Source: Pristiophorus japonicus
Lineage: Eukaryota
DNA: 64,000 nt
Assembly (NCBI RefSeq): GCF_044704955.1
Contig: NC_091996.1
Coordinates: 83,266,001 to 83,330,000 of the forward strand
Direction: 5' to 3'
Both the position numbers and the translations under genes were made by a program. Positions within the stretch are counted from its first letter, which is position 1. The number at the start of each line of letters is the position of its first letter. The notes under the pieces are model-generated. The model worked only from the letters and a program-made list of their open reading frames with translations. It was not told the DNA's origin and searched no databases. This document shows positions 12,288 to 24,789 of this stretch, piece after piece.

Positions 12288-13109
12288 GTAAGTGACTTTT
12301 AGAAGGTAATGTGTCTGCCGCACCATTTAACATATTGTGTTGTGATTTACACACTGTGCCTGGTAAATATAGTAGGTAGTTCTTCAAGCCTTTGTCATTC
12401 ACTCAGTTAGGAAACTTGGCTGATTGGTAAAACTAAATGGTAACGGGAGCCAACTTTTTTACTGTTTAATTTTAACCACAATTTGCTGCTTTCTACTCAC
12501 TACATGCAAGTTGAACTTGTCGGCTCTGCCTACTCTCTTTTAACCTTGATGTTCTCTTCTCTCCTCCTCCACTTATTCTTGGTGTCATTGTCCCTGCTGT
12601 TCGTTTTATCCTTGATGTTATCTTTCATCCTGCTCCTGTAATCCTTGGTGTGGCCTCTCCTGTTCCTTCCATATTTGGTGCTCTCTAAATCCTGCTCTTT
12701 TTATCATTGTTGTTGTCTTCTCTCCTGTCCCTTTACTTCTTGGTGTTTTCTTCTGTTGTGTTTCATTTTATCATTTGTTCTCTTCTCTCCTTGTGCCTAT
12801 TATCCTCCCCCTCCTACCATTTGTTCTTGGTGCTGCGATTTCTCCTGGTTTATCATATCCTCAGCGTTGGCTTATTTTATGGAGCACCCTAGATTCGAAG
12901 TGCCTGTGGAAACTCAACGTGAAATCTCACAGATAAAGAATCTTGTGACGGACGAAGCATCTTTGACCTCTGATATCGTGTCACAATCCAAAGGAGAGGG
13001 GAGCACAGGGCGAGGAGAATTATTCAATATCGCATCTACATGAAGCCAGTTGATGCTGCACTCTTGACTCCGTTTAAAGATGTGATTGTTTTTGTTCCTG
13101 TACACACAG

Positions 13110-14029
13110 TGAACTTGGTGGCGATTGTGATCCTGAACCGGGGAAAGTGCGGCCTCTCCAAATGCATCACTCGCTACCTGGTGGCCATGGCGACAGCGGA
13201 TCTGATGGTGATTGTCTGTGATGTGATATTACGTTGGATCACTGACCTGTATTGGTGGAACACTTTCCTGTACTACACTCCCTTGTGCAGATTCATTCAC
13301 TTCCTGGCTCCGACTGCCATAGACAGTTCTGTTTGGTTAACGGTCGCTTTTACCTTTGATCGGTTTGTAGCCATTTGTTGTCAGAAGCTGAAAACCAAAT
13401 ATTGCACCGAGAGAACCGCGGCTGTGGTTATAGTGACCGTTAGCGCGCTGTTCTGTTTAAAGAACATTCCCTGGCCTTTCGTGTATACTCCTTATATTAC
13501 AGCTAATAACATACCGCGGGGTTGCCGTGCAAAAGTACAGTTTTATATTGCACCCACATGGAGAGCTTTTTCTTGGTTTGAACAGCTGTTAACCCCATTT
13601 CTTCCCTTCTGTGTGATTTTACTTTTGAACGCTCTCACCGTCAGACTCATTTTAGTGGCCAGTCGGGCCCGAAGGAGCATCCGGGGTGGCAGCAATGGTA
13701 AGAAAGACCAGGACCCCGAGATGAGGAACCGCAGAAGGTCCATTGTTTTACTATTTGCTCTATCCGGCAGTTTCATTCTGCTCTGGATGACAACCGTTGT
13801 ATATTTCTTCTTTTATCGAATAACAAGCGCGTTTCGTCGCAGGTTGTTGTTTAGCCCTTTTCAAAAGTTTGAACACGCGGGAATTATGCTTCAGCTCCTG
13901 AGTTCCTGCACAAACACGGCCATTTACACAGTGACCCAGAGTAAGTTCAGGGAGGAGATGATCAATGTGCTCAAATATCCCTTTACACTAATTCATAAAT
14001 CAGTTGAATTATGCAAGTGGCAGGACTGA
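13110..14029 (+). CDS. GPR139/GPR142-like class A GPCR, copy 1, exon 2 (spliced product 329 aa, intact)
   Basis: Acceptor cacag|TG AAC; seven hydrophobic segments, YLVAMATADL (TM2), TFDRFVAIC (DRY-like), SSCTNTAIY (NPxxY-like). Confidence 0.93.
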
Positions 14030-14547
14030 CTTCCCCAACATCGCATTTCTACTTCATATCACAATGATCATGGACATTTACGAAAGGGACTGAGCAATAG
14101 GAGAACACAGGCATCATGAAAATTCATTTATTTTCATTCTTCGGGATAGATAATAACTTATTGGTCACACATAACACTGGCATTGTGCATCCACTACCCA
14201 TTATCAAACTGGCAGAAGTTCTATTTTGTTTTTAATCAATGAGAGTCATAATTGGACAAGTTCAATAAGGTTGGCGGATCAACAACACCAGTTTTACACA
14301 CGGGCATCAAGCCTAAAATCTAAAGCAGTGCCGGAGAAGATAAACTTGGCCGGTATTCAATCCAAGCGACAGTGACACCGGATCCCGTGTTACACTTTTC
14401 CCAATTTTGTTTTTCACTTACGTCAGTGGGGATCATTTTATCATTACACAAAATCGATATTCGATAAGCCACCGTTAAATACTGGGCCCTAGAATGCCAA
14501 AAGATAAAATAGCACAGAATGTTCTCCATCACACCTTTTTTTAATTT

Positions 14548-14791
14548 CCCTCTGCTGGTTTCTCTGCATCACTGTACTCAGTAATTCCACACTCTCTCCC
14601 TCTGCTAGTTTCACCCTCTGCTTCACTGTACTCAGTAACTCTGCTCTCTATCTCCCTCTGCTGGTGTCTCTCTCTGCATCACTGTACTCGGTAATTCTGC
14701 TTTCTATCTCCTTCTGCTGGTGTCTCTCACTGCATCATTGTACTCAGTAACTCTGCTTTCTATCTCCCTCTGCTAGTTTTTCTGCGTCACT
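14548..14791. repeat. Minisatellite, ~50-56 bp unit (ctctgctggt..ctctgcatcactgtactcagtaactctgctctctatctcc)
   Basis: About 4-5 imperfect tandem units. Confidence 0.85.
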
Positions 14792-14889
14792 AGAGCAGGC
14801 ACAAGGGGCCAAGTGGCCTTCTCCAGCTACTATGTCTTATGTTCCATGTTTTTATGTTCTTTTATAATGTGGTCAGTCATATCTCAATC

Positions 14890-15400
14890 TATCTCACCCT
14901 GATGCTGTCTCTCTATCTTGCTCACCATAAACAGTGAGCCACTGTGGATCTGGCTGGCTTGAGCCTCCATCTTGTCACTGGTCCCATATCAATGCGTGAT
15001 GCTGAACAGGGGCAAAATGTCAAAGGGGAAAAATCAGGAGTCCCGATGGTGCCCGTGCAGAATGGGGAAGAATCTCAAGTTGAATATGTGGTGATTGCAT
15101 TTGTTCATAGACCAAGCGTATTGGAGAATGATGGAGCGAGCCTTCAGGTAGAATCTCACAGAGTGGTCAATGAGAACTAGAGGTCATGGTTAAAGACCAT
15201 ATTGTTGATGACGTTGACACCATAGGCCTGGATGCAGCCCTCACAGCGGGAACCAGACCGAAGTGATATCATTGGATAGTTGTGAGACTGGTTGTTACAG
15301 AGATGGCCGTCGACATATTGATTGAGGATTTTAGAGAGAAAAGCAAGATTAAATGTTGGAACATAAAAGATAGTGTTGAGGGGAGGTGGAACGATGTTTG
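14890..15400 (-). mobile_element. Degenerate L2-like RT fragment
   Basis: NLAFLSKIL..SG.R resembles SNLPFLSKILE..QSGFR of L2 RT. Confidence 0.6.
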
Positions 15401-16319
15401 AGCAAAATAACACTGTATACTAACGGCCTATATATCTGACTAATTGGAGATATTGCAATAGTCGCACAATTTCACACGCGACACCCTACTGGTGGTGCAC
15501 CTTAAACATATTGTTTTGTGGAAGAAACACACAAGCGCAATGCACAGAAAATCCATTGTTGTTCACGGGCAACAGGCGTGATGCTCCGGATTTATTTCAC
15601 TGCCCGCTCAGCTAGCTCGTCAATGGTTTGCAATGACATAGGGCAATGCACATGTTCTATGGTTCATACATGTTTCTTCTCAGGTAGATGGGTGACGCAT
15701 CAAAATTGATGAAGGTCCTTATGAATGGGCAGTGAGAAATCCATATTAGTCCCTCTCGAATGTTGGATGTGTGAGCACAATCTCTCCTTAAATGAGAAGC
15801 ATCAGAGGCATTGTCACTCACAAAGGAATCTGTCACTTTTTAACACGAATTTACTGATTAGCCATCAGCAACTGTTTCCCTGGCTAGAGCTCATCGAAAA
15901 TACGATATTTTAAAAGTTTAAACATGCTATAATTGTCACCGTATTATTTTGTGTATATATTGTATTTTGCCCCTGTTCTCTCTCTCTTTACAAATTTGAC
16001 AAAACAATTAATATTATTTCCAGGTTTGCATCTGCAAAGTTCAAACTTTTAACAGAGCTCGAGAAGAGTGATCAGTTGGAAATGTGCCTGCCCAGTGCTA
16101 GATTGAAGGACATTCTGTAACTACAGTTTATGGTCAAGGGCTTTGCATATTCGTTCAATGGGCCAAAATATTTCCCCAAGTAACTTAGAATCTGGCTCAA
16201 ATTTGAATTGTTCAGAATTGGTTCTTTCGCTGTTTGTTTCCTCTTGAAAAACTCAATTGCACAAAAATAAAATACAAATTATGATTTTGGGTATTTATTT
16301 GTATTTTTGATCGCTGAGG

Positions 16320-16900
16320 GAGGAAAATTGAATCTAATGAGAGGGTAGTGGCGATGTGGCGCTCTCAACCCTAGAAGGTTAACACAGCGCAATTAGAAGT
16401 ATCAAAACTGAGATTGATATCCTTTCTTCTGTAAGAGTATGTAAGGGATGTGGAACCACGGCGGCAAGGTGGGGTTAGGATACAGATCAGCCATAATTTA
16501 AGTTAAAGGTTCAAAACGCTCGCGATGCTGAAGGTCTTACTCCTGTTTCTATCATCCTAACAGGACATAAAAGTGGTACTTCAGTGGCCTGGCAGAAATA
16601 CATAGAGCAACAAAGGAACACAAATAAAATATTAAGAGCTGCAAAAAGGAATCACAAAAAGTTATCTTCCAATGAATATAAAGGCAAACAGTACAAAAAT
16701 TTAAATCTGTATTAAGAGTAACAGAGTGGCGAAGGGAGATATGGACCCATTGAGGACAGACACATACACTCCTCGAATAAACAACAGAGTAATGGCAGAA
16801 TCAATGAACACATAGTTTGCATCTGGTTTCACAGAAGAGGGAATACTATTACTAAAATGGAAACTATTAATAAATCAGCTGGAGGAACTTATTAAATTCA
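16320..16900 (+). mobile_element. Old, decayed CR1 fragments
   Basis: CR1 3'-UTR-like gatacagatcagccat and a MAESMN..FASGFTEE-like peptide. Confidence 0.45.
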
Positions 16901-16959
16901 ATTTAAGCAACACAATGGGGATGGGGAATACATGTATGCACATCCGCAGTTGCCATTGA

Positions 16960-18660
16960 CAGAAAGCGAGAGATTGAAAGACTGAGAGACAGGAATAGAG
17001 AGAGTGAAAAACATGGATATTAAGAGCGAGGTACAGAGCAAGAGAGGTTGCGGCAGAGGACAGTGAGAGAGAAAGGAACAGAGAGAGCGAGAGTGCCAGA
17101 GCGAGAAAGATAAATGTGACCATTGAGATAATAAGAGGGAGTGAGAGACATGCATAGAGAGAAAGTGACCGAAAGAAAGGGAGAACAAGAAAGGAAGAGC
17201 GAGAGAGATGGGGACATAGAGAGATTGAGAGAGAGGGAGTGAGAGAGACACATTGAGAGATGGAGAGAGATAGCAAATTAAACTGGGGAAGCGATAGACA
17301 GAAAAAAGACTGGGGCAAAGAGAGAGAACACAAAAGAGATGGAGAGTTAGAGAGATCTGAATATGAGAGAGAAAGAGACAATTGAAGAGGGAGTCAGAAG
17401 TCAGAGGCATGGAAATAGAGAAAGGGACATTGAAAGAGTGATAAGGATAGAGAGAGAGATTGGGGCAGAGAAAGAGAGAGAAGAGGCAGACAGAAAGACA
17501 CAGATAGGGAAAGGGAGTGTGTGTGTGACAGAGAGATACAGGGACATAGAGAGAAACAGAAACTCGGAGAGAGAGTTAGAGAGAGAGAGAGAGAGAGATA
17601 GAAGTATAGATTAAAAGGAAAGGTGGGAGGAATGGTTAGGGAGAAAAGGACAAAGAGAGGCACGGGGACGAGCGAGAGGAAAATAGACACAACGTTCCCC
17701 ATATGGACCCGCCCAACTCCCTTCCCTCACACAAGCTCCATCCTCCCCTTTTCGTACCATCTCCCATCTCCACCCCTCCCATTCCTCGTCTCATTTCCTC
17801 CACTCGTACTTGCCCCTCTCCCACACCAGGACCCAGCTCTCCTGCCACAAGACCCCGTCCATTTCTCCTTGACCTGGACCACCCATTGTACATGCCGCTA
17901 TCCCATACACAGATCCGCAACTCCCCCTCTCCCCACACAGCTCCCCCTCTCCCCCACACAACGCCCCCTCTCCCTGGCACAACGCCCCCTCTCCCCCACC
18001 CAGAGCCATAGGCAGATCCGCCTCTTCCCCTTTCCCCCACACAGAGAGCAACCCTCAAGGAGTAATAAAGGGCCAGAGAAATAGAGGCAGAGGGAAACAG
18101 AGGTACAGTTCGAGATAAGCAAAGAGACTGATAGATGGAGGGCTAGAATGTGAGCAACAGAGACATAAATAAGAATAGAGATAGAAATTGAGAAGTAAAT
18201 AATAGTGAGAGAAAGAGATGGAAAATAACAATGAAAGTGAATTGAAATCGAGAGTAATAGAGAGAAGGACGAAAATCTATGTTGAGATAGTAAGAAACCT
18301 ATGAGGAAGAAATGGAAAGGCAGAGAGTTATATAGATGGATGATTCACAGAAAGAGGCAAATATGGAAATGGAGAGAGAGTCGCAGAGAGCGGGTTAGAG
18401 ATGGAGATATAATAGGTGGAGAGAGTGACTGAGAGAGAAAGAGAGAGATGGTGTGATAGTAACAAAGAGTGAAGGGTGAAATGGGGAAGGGCCTGAATTA
18501 CACGTATGGAAATATAGAGATGGAGAGCAAGTAACGGAGACAGGCAGAGATAGCGATGGAGGGAGTAACACAGAGAGAGATGTAGAGATTAGCAGGGAGT
18601 GACAGAGAGAGGATGGGAGGGATAGAGATGGAGCGAGAATAACAAGAACCTTAAAGAAAC
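16960..18660. repeat. GA-rich low complexity flanking a C-rich ~21-bp repeat (ccccctctcccc..acac, ~17919-18040)
   Basis: Direct inspection. Confidence 0.75.
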
Positions 18661-18989
18661 ATCAGAAAGTATGTGAAAAAGACAACAGATGCACCAGCTA
18701 AAACAAAACACAGATTCAGTGTCTAAAACAAGTCTGGCATTGTCACATACTTCCTACATTTCCGAATTGGAAATGTTCCCTTCTTATTCTAGCACTCGCT
18801 GAGACTGCCTTTCCTCCTCCCGGATGTGCTGCTTTCTTCACCTGTCCCTGTCACACACACAGGTCCGGAGTGTTACTGTGACAGAACCCAAGGGAAATAA
18901 ACAATTGAAGGAAATACACAACAGAGATGGTGATCAAGATAGGAAAATATGGAGAGAGGTAGAGATACAAAGAGATAAACAGAAAGATC

Positions 18990-19400
18990 GCCGAGCTATC
19001 ATCCAATTACCGCTCATTTAACTGCTATTGAGTTTCATGCCCATATTTGAATAAAAATGCAAATTAACGCCCAATTAGCACCAATTTATCGCCATCATAA
19101 CTTTCGGCATACAGTTAACGCCAAGAATTAGCTGAAACGCCAGCCCAGATTGTTTTTAAATTTTGACATCATAAGTCGTGCACCACCCAGAATGTTCATA
19201 ATGGAAACTAACGCCCAAATTCCGCCCAGAATGTCGCCAAGCGTTCCTTTCTGCATTTCGCCCATATACCCCACAAATGATCGCACGCCCAAAAAGACAC
19301 TCAAAAAAAGCTGCACTCACCTGACATTAACCAAGCGGTATGGACACCATTTTGTAATTCGGAGGACTTTTCATAAAAGGCTGCTTCAAGTCCACGGGAG
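18990..19400. mobile_element. Possible non-autonomous DNA transposon remnant
   Basis: Repeated aacgcc/cgccc motifs; no terminal inverted repeats or TSD identified. Confidence 0.25.
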
Positions 19401-20465
19401 CTTTGAAGCAATGTGAGAGAGAAAGCTACAAGAAGGGAGACAGAGAGTGACTGAGACTTTGCACTCGTTGGGCTGGGGTTTGCGTCTCACAGACTCTCGT
19501 CACAAGGCTGAACAGTGCCCCACGCAAAGGAGGGAGATATTCCTCTCAGTAACAAGTCTCAGAAAGTTATTGGATCAGAAACATTTCATTACAACAGATC
19601 CCTTTCACGAGGAGCAGGAGAAAAATAATTGCCTTAAAAGCTGCGAGCGTTTGGGGTGGGGAGGGGGAATCAAGGAAGAATGGAGAAAGGGAGGTGGAGT
19701 GTGAAACATTTGCATTTGCCCTTTGATCAGGGTCAAGAGCTAAAAAGAACCAATAACAGAATGAATAAGTGAAATAAATGCCACTTATGCTGCTTATATT
19801 CCAGAACCAATGCTGATTGCATAAAGATAGCTCCATTCACCGGAACCACCCGATAAATCCACACAGCACCTGTTCCATTGATTTTACGAAGGGAGGCCCA
19901 ATTTCCTAATGAGTCAGCCTTTTTATCTCCCAGATGAGCTAGTGATTTGTCCCTGTCGCCCCCCCCCCCCCGCCCCCCGCCACACACACACACACACAGA
20001 CACATGCACACACACACACACACACACGCCTGGGGGTTATTATGACAGTGGAATGGGAACACAATGTTATCTGAAGTCCTATTAATGTTGAGACCAATAG
20101 CTGTAACCGCTGCTCAAAAATCATATTCTCCATAACAGGAGAGGACAGCTGGCCTGCGGCTACTAGAGGGTCGGCTGTGCAATGTTTGTGTCGCTGTGCT
20201 AATGTGCAGGGAATGTTTGGGGTGGAAATTGTCCTTAAGGGGCAGTAACCAACTAAGGCTTGGACTTCCTTCCCCTGGTGCAGAAGACCCTCCCCACCAC
20301 TGAACTGGGCTTGCCGGCCTTCAAAGATAGTGCAGCACAATCTCGTGTGCTCCACTTCCTTTGGCGGCGGATCCTGGGGCGATACTGGGACAGTGAGGCA
20401 AGTGCTATGGTGATGCTCCACATAGGGCTGATGCACTTCATAGCCCCTCCCCTTTGCTTAAAGGG

Positions 20466-21090
20466 TGTAAGAATAAAAGTGTTTAGTAATGATAATATTT
20501 ATTATGTATATAAATGTTAAAAATGTAGATTAGATGTAAAGACAAGTTTGAAGAAACAAAATGGATAACTCCCCAAGGTCATGTCTCGTGGTGGGCAGAG
20601 TCCAAGTTCATGTCAGCTTTGAAACTCACCAAACTAGACAAGATATTCATTCGAAAGCCTTTAACCAAATCACGGAATGGCACCGGACCTCCAGACAGAC
20701 ACATGTCTGAGGAGATGCCAATCATGAACGGCCCTGGAACCAAGATCCAATCCTGAGGCTTTCTGAGAAACTATGGCCTGAAGAGTTATAAACACTCAAG
20801 CCAAAGATGGCTCTCTCTCATCTCTTTAGCACATGGCAAAGCAGAAACCTTCCTCTACAGAAAAAGGAGCAGTCCATGTGCTTTGCCAGAGGGACGTAAA
20901 GTACTCCTTTTTATAACTTTTTTATTGTAACATCATTGTATCTGTTGTTACTAAGTGGATCCGTAGGATAGCTGAGGACTGTTGTTTCTCTGTTGATATG
21001 CATGTGTGTATGTTTAATAAACTATTCCACATTGTTTTAAAATAATCAGTTTTGCTGTCAATTTAATGGCAGAAATTTAGAAATCTTACA
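20466..21090 (+). repeat. ERV-B 5' LTR, copy 1 (625 bp)
   Basis: 7-bp terminal inverted repeat TGTAAGA...TCTTACA, TATAAA at ~20786, AATAAA at 21016, followed by PBS. Confidence 0.85.
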
Positions 21091-21094
21091 AAAT

Positions 21095-21112
21095 TGGGGG
21101 CTCGTCCGGGAT
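21095..21112 (+). promoter_or_regulatory. Primer-binding site, tRNA-Pro
   Basis: TGGGGGCTCGTCCGGGAT, identical to the canonical MLV PBS-Pro. Confidence 0.95.
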
Positions 21113-21209
21113 CTGGCGAGACAGCTTTTGATCATTCTTTTGAACAATTGGAAATCTCAGATGTTGCAATTCTAACCTGTATTGCGAAGTGTAACCTATA
21201 AACTTTTAA

Positions 21210-23100
21210 ATGGATCAGGAGAAGTTGCATCTTACGGAGCAGTCTTATCAATAGTTGGAACTATTTAAGTGGGGACGCAACAGTAGTTACATTCAAAAGA
21301 CACAGGGTGAAGGGATCAGTCATGTACAGAAAGCCATCAAAAGATATACATACAGGCAGTCAATGAGGTAAAAGTATACAATACGGTATCTATGAAGGAC
21401 ATACAAAGGTTAAAGGCACAGGGAGCGCACATTTCTAAGGGCCAACATGCGTCCTTTGGGGAGCTCATGGCATTTATCCAGGAGAAAATAAATGAAGGAG
21501 AGCTAAGGCCAAAATGGGTAAATCGTCTCTTGACATTTGCGCACATTACTGCACTCAGACAGATGAGAAATGAATGAGGCAAGATGCAAAAGAGCATCAA
21601 AATTTAAGGAAAGAGATACAAGATTTAAAATACAAAAGCGCAAAAAAGTTACAAGATTTAAAAGAATCGCAGGTAAAAGAGGTTCCACTAAACGAAAAAG
21701 AGATTCAAAATATAAAAGAGCAAAAAGAAGAAATCCTTCAACTTATTAGGCAATTAAAGGAGGGAGAAATACAACATTTGAGGCAAGAAATTGATCGATT
21801 AAACCACAGTATTATGCAATTAGAAAGAGGGGCTGAACAGGCAGCTTCATTACTACAGCATAAAGCCTTTCAAATTTAAATGCCACAGCAACCACCGCTG
21901 AAGCGAATGAAAACAAATTAGAGATACAAAAAATATAAATTGGAAAAATTGGGGCTCCGGCAAGAGGTAGATCATGCTAGGGGGTCAATACGGGAAGTAA
22001 TTAAGAAGCCACATGGGGAGGCAGACCACTCCTGCTGCCAATTAGAAACAGCAGGACTAAAATGTAAGGTTGGGGAGCAGCAGGCCCTGGTATCTGCAGT
22101 AACACGGGGAGAGATAACAGAAACAACAGAAGGGGACAAGGGGAGACAAATTGGGAAGAGAAAGGCAGTCAGTATAATCCCCAGGATGGTGGTGAAGGAT
22201 GGGATACCTTTGAGACACGTGCACCAACCGTAGGATTAGTAACCTCTTATTCACCACGTATTGTCCGTGATAACCATACGACTCACAGCCCATATCTGCT
22301 GCTGACGCTATGGTGAATTCAGCAGAATTCAGCCCTAGTTAGAAGAGAGAAACTTAACACGAGTCCTTCTCTTGGCCTGATCCATTTCCCTAAAAGATAA
22401 TCTGCCAGACGCAGTCCTGCAGCCTGGCACAGCAGCCGATGAAGTCATGACTGAGATCCTAAACCATTTAACGATTCAAAATTTAAACTTAGTTGCTCTG
22501 CTTTATCAGACTAAAACAGCACCCAGAAGAGACCCCTAGAGCCTTCAGTAATCACATGTACGATATCTATAAACGTACCCAGAACCAGTCACCCGCAAAT
22601 GCTACAGTAGGAAAGAATCAGGAACAATTTAAATCGATGCTCCTGACCCAACTCCACTCTAACCTGGGCATAAGCATGAGGTCCACCAATCAGTGGACAG
22701 ATATAGAGACCAGCACTCAAATAGCCTGGGAGGTGGTAAACGACCAGTTAAAGGTGAAGTCAACACTCACCACCAATTAACCAGTGTCAATGGTTCAGGG
22801 ATCTAGGCGTTACCTCTTTAAGGGGCAGTGTTTTAATTGTAAGAAGGTAGGACACCTAGCAAAAGACTGCAGCAGAACCAGACAGGAACCGGACCATGGT
22901 GCAAGGCATAGATACCGAATCCAAGCCATCTGGGATGGATCAACGATTGGATCAGTTGATAACCATCATACAAACCCAAACTGCCACGGGGGCGGGGGAG
23001 GGAGGATGCCGATGCACACTCATTAAAAAGAACTCTTCAAGGATCCACTCTATGATGGGGTCCGGCCGCAAAAGATTGCTCAGAAGTGGGGTTCCGACGT
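21210..23100 (+). pseudogene. gag: ERV-B gag (frameshifted)
   Basis: Coiled-coil-like stretch, MHR-like LKQHPEETPRAF, single zinc knuckle CFNCKKVGHLAKDC. Confidence 0.8.
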
Positions 23101-24326
23101 GATAGTAGTGGGAGACCAGTAGTCCTTGTGGTCTTACAAGGGGGCCAGCAGCAGATTACACTTTTCAATATTGGCTCAGCCATTACCATCATCCCCACCC
23201 ATATTCTGAATGCTATGCAGCGGCGGGCAAGAGTTGTATGACAACCTTAAAGGGTTCAATGGTGTTAAAACATCAAGTAGACAGGGAAGGCCACTGAACT
23301 TCAGTTGGGAGGCCTCACCTGTAAGGTCGCAGCACCGATGCTGTTGATCACCCCCGACGGAAAGGGAATTGTAGGGACTGACGTGTTGGATCAGTATGGC
23401 GTGGTGATAGATTACAATTGGGACTGTGTTTGGATGGGATTAAGAGATAATGCGAGAGGGATAGAAACTTCAGATGTTCACTCGGTTTTTGCAATTAAAA
23501 AGCCATCTGAGTATGACCCTCCGTGAACAAAAATGAAGCTGTGGCAAAACTAATTTAGGAACACATAGTGGTGCTTGCCACATGCAAGCATGACTGTGGA
23601 AAAATGGGAGGCAAGGAATCTATTGAGGGACCAAGCCACTTATTCACTAAAGAGTACCCCATCCCAAGGGAGAGTGACCCTTACATCCGAGACACCATAA
23701 AATCCCGAGTCGCGCTGGGTGTTCTTTGGACAGATACTTTCACGACCAATTTACCCACATGGCCAGTTAAAAAGCCTCATATCAGCTGGCGACTGAATGT
23801 TGATTACAGAAAGTTAAACTCTGTAACACCAGCCTGTTCACCGGTAGTAAGAAAAACTCCGACCATATTAGCTCAAATTCTTCTTGGTTCCAAATACTTC
23901 TGACCCTTGACATCGCCAATGTATTCTGGAGCATTCCTGTTAAAGGGGAATACCTGTACAAGTTCGCGGTCACCTATGAGGACCAGAGCTACACCTGGAC
24001 ATGCCTGCCTCAGGGGTTCCACAAAGCCCCACGATATTCCACAAAAAAACTGCTGCAATTTTAAAATACTTTTCCCACCCTACCTGCTTGCTGCAGTACA
24101 TAGATGACCTACTGCTGGCAACCGACAGCATGAAGGAACATCTATCCCTTTTGCACGAACTTTTGACATTGTTGGCTCAGGCGGGACGAAAGGTGAATCC
24201 CCATGAGGCTCAATTAGTAAAACAACGGGTCAGCTTCCTAGGAGTGTCCATTTCTCCAGAGGAATCATCCCCCAACTCTCACAAGGTGGAGATAATAAAG
24301 TAACTGCCATTACCCACTTCCAAAAC
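23098..24326 (+). pseudogene. pol: ERV-B protease and reverse transcriptase (frameshifted, truncated)
   Basis: RDSSGRPVV..LFNIGSAITII (decayed DTG), GIVGTDVL; YPIP, WPVKKP..WRLNVDYRKLN, LDIANVFWSIP, YTW..LPQGF..PTIFH, LQYIDDLLLA. Confidence 0.9.
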
Positions 24327-24545
24327 AGTCTGTGATGGCATAAAGCAGGACGGCATGGATATTACATACTCTAAGGTACCGCACAAAATTAAATTCTTCC
24401 TGATAAACAACAGGAATCTGCCTCAGAATCAGATCGAAGATAATGACCAGGAGATCTGCCGCTGCCATGACCACCAGGTAGCGAGTGACGCATTTGGAGA
24501 GACTGCACTTTTCCCGAGACAGGATCACAATCGTCAGCACATTAA
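24326..24545 (-). pseudogene. Truncated, chimeric GPR139-like exon 2 (TM1-TM3)
   Basis: cgcag|TTAAT acceptor; VNVLTIVILSREKCSLSKCVTRYLVVMAAADLLV..LLYAITDC, then abrupt junction with ERV-B RT. Confidence 0.88.
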
Positions 24546-24789
24546 CTGCGAGCAAGAAAATATTACAGATATTATTCACCAGACATGGGAACATAGCAGT
24601 AGTTTTGTGCGATTTCAGTGTAATACCAGATTTGTTAATATAACAAGGACATTAACGTTCTTCACAAAACCTGAAACGTTCCAAAAATTTGCATCCAGCG
24701 ATGGAATCTTATTATTTTACCTGTGATAGAGCATCTGGCAGAGGGGGGTTGTACTCAGGTTGACCAGCAATGAATCGTCAAAGAAGCGA

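Larger units (their letters stand above)
20466..24326 (+). mobile_element. 3'-truncated retroviral element ERV-B, copy 1 (LTR-PBS-gag-pro-RT)
   Basis: LTR with TGTAAGA/TCTTACA ends, PBS-Pro, CCHC gag, protease and RT motifs; RNase H, IN, env and 3' LTR absent. Confidence 0.92.

Noticed and set aside
13040-13109. ORF-track N-terminus MKPVDAALLTPFKDVIVFVPVHT
   Set aside because: Intron end (pyrimidine tract plus CAG); the upstream exon supplies the proper first half of TM1
14548-14791. Repeat array as CRISPR-like
   Set aside because: Contiguous degenerate units with no unique spacers, eukaryotic context, no cas genes
19400-20460. Harbinger-type Myb/transposase remnants
   Set aside because: Only a vague RREIF-like peptide; no TIRs or catalytic motifs found
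21095-21112. tRNA gene
   Set aside because: Only the 18-nt complement of a tRNA-Pro 3' end, i.e. a PBS
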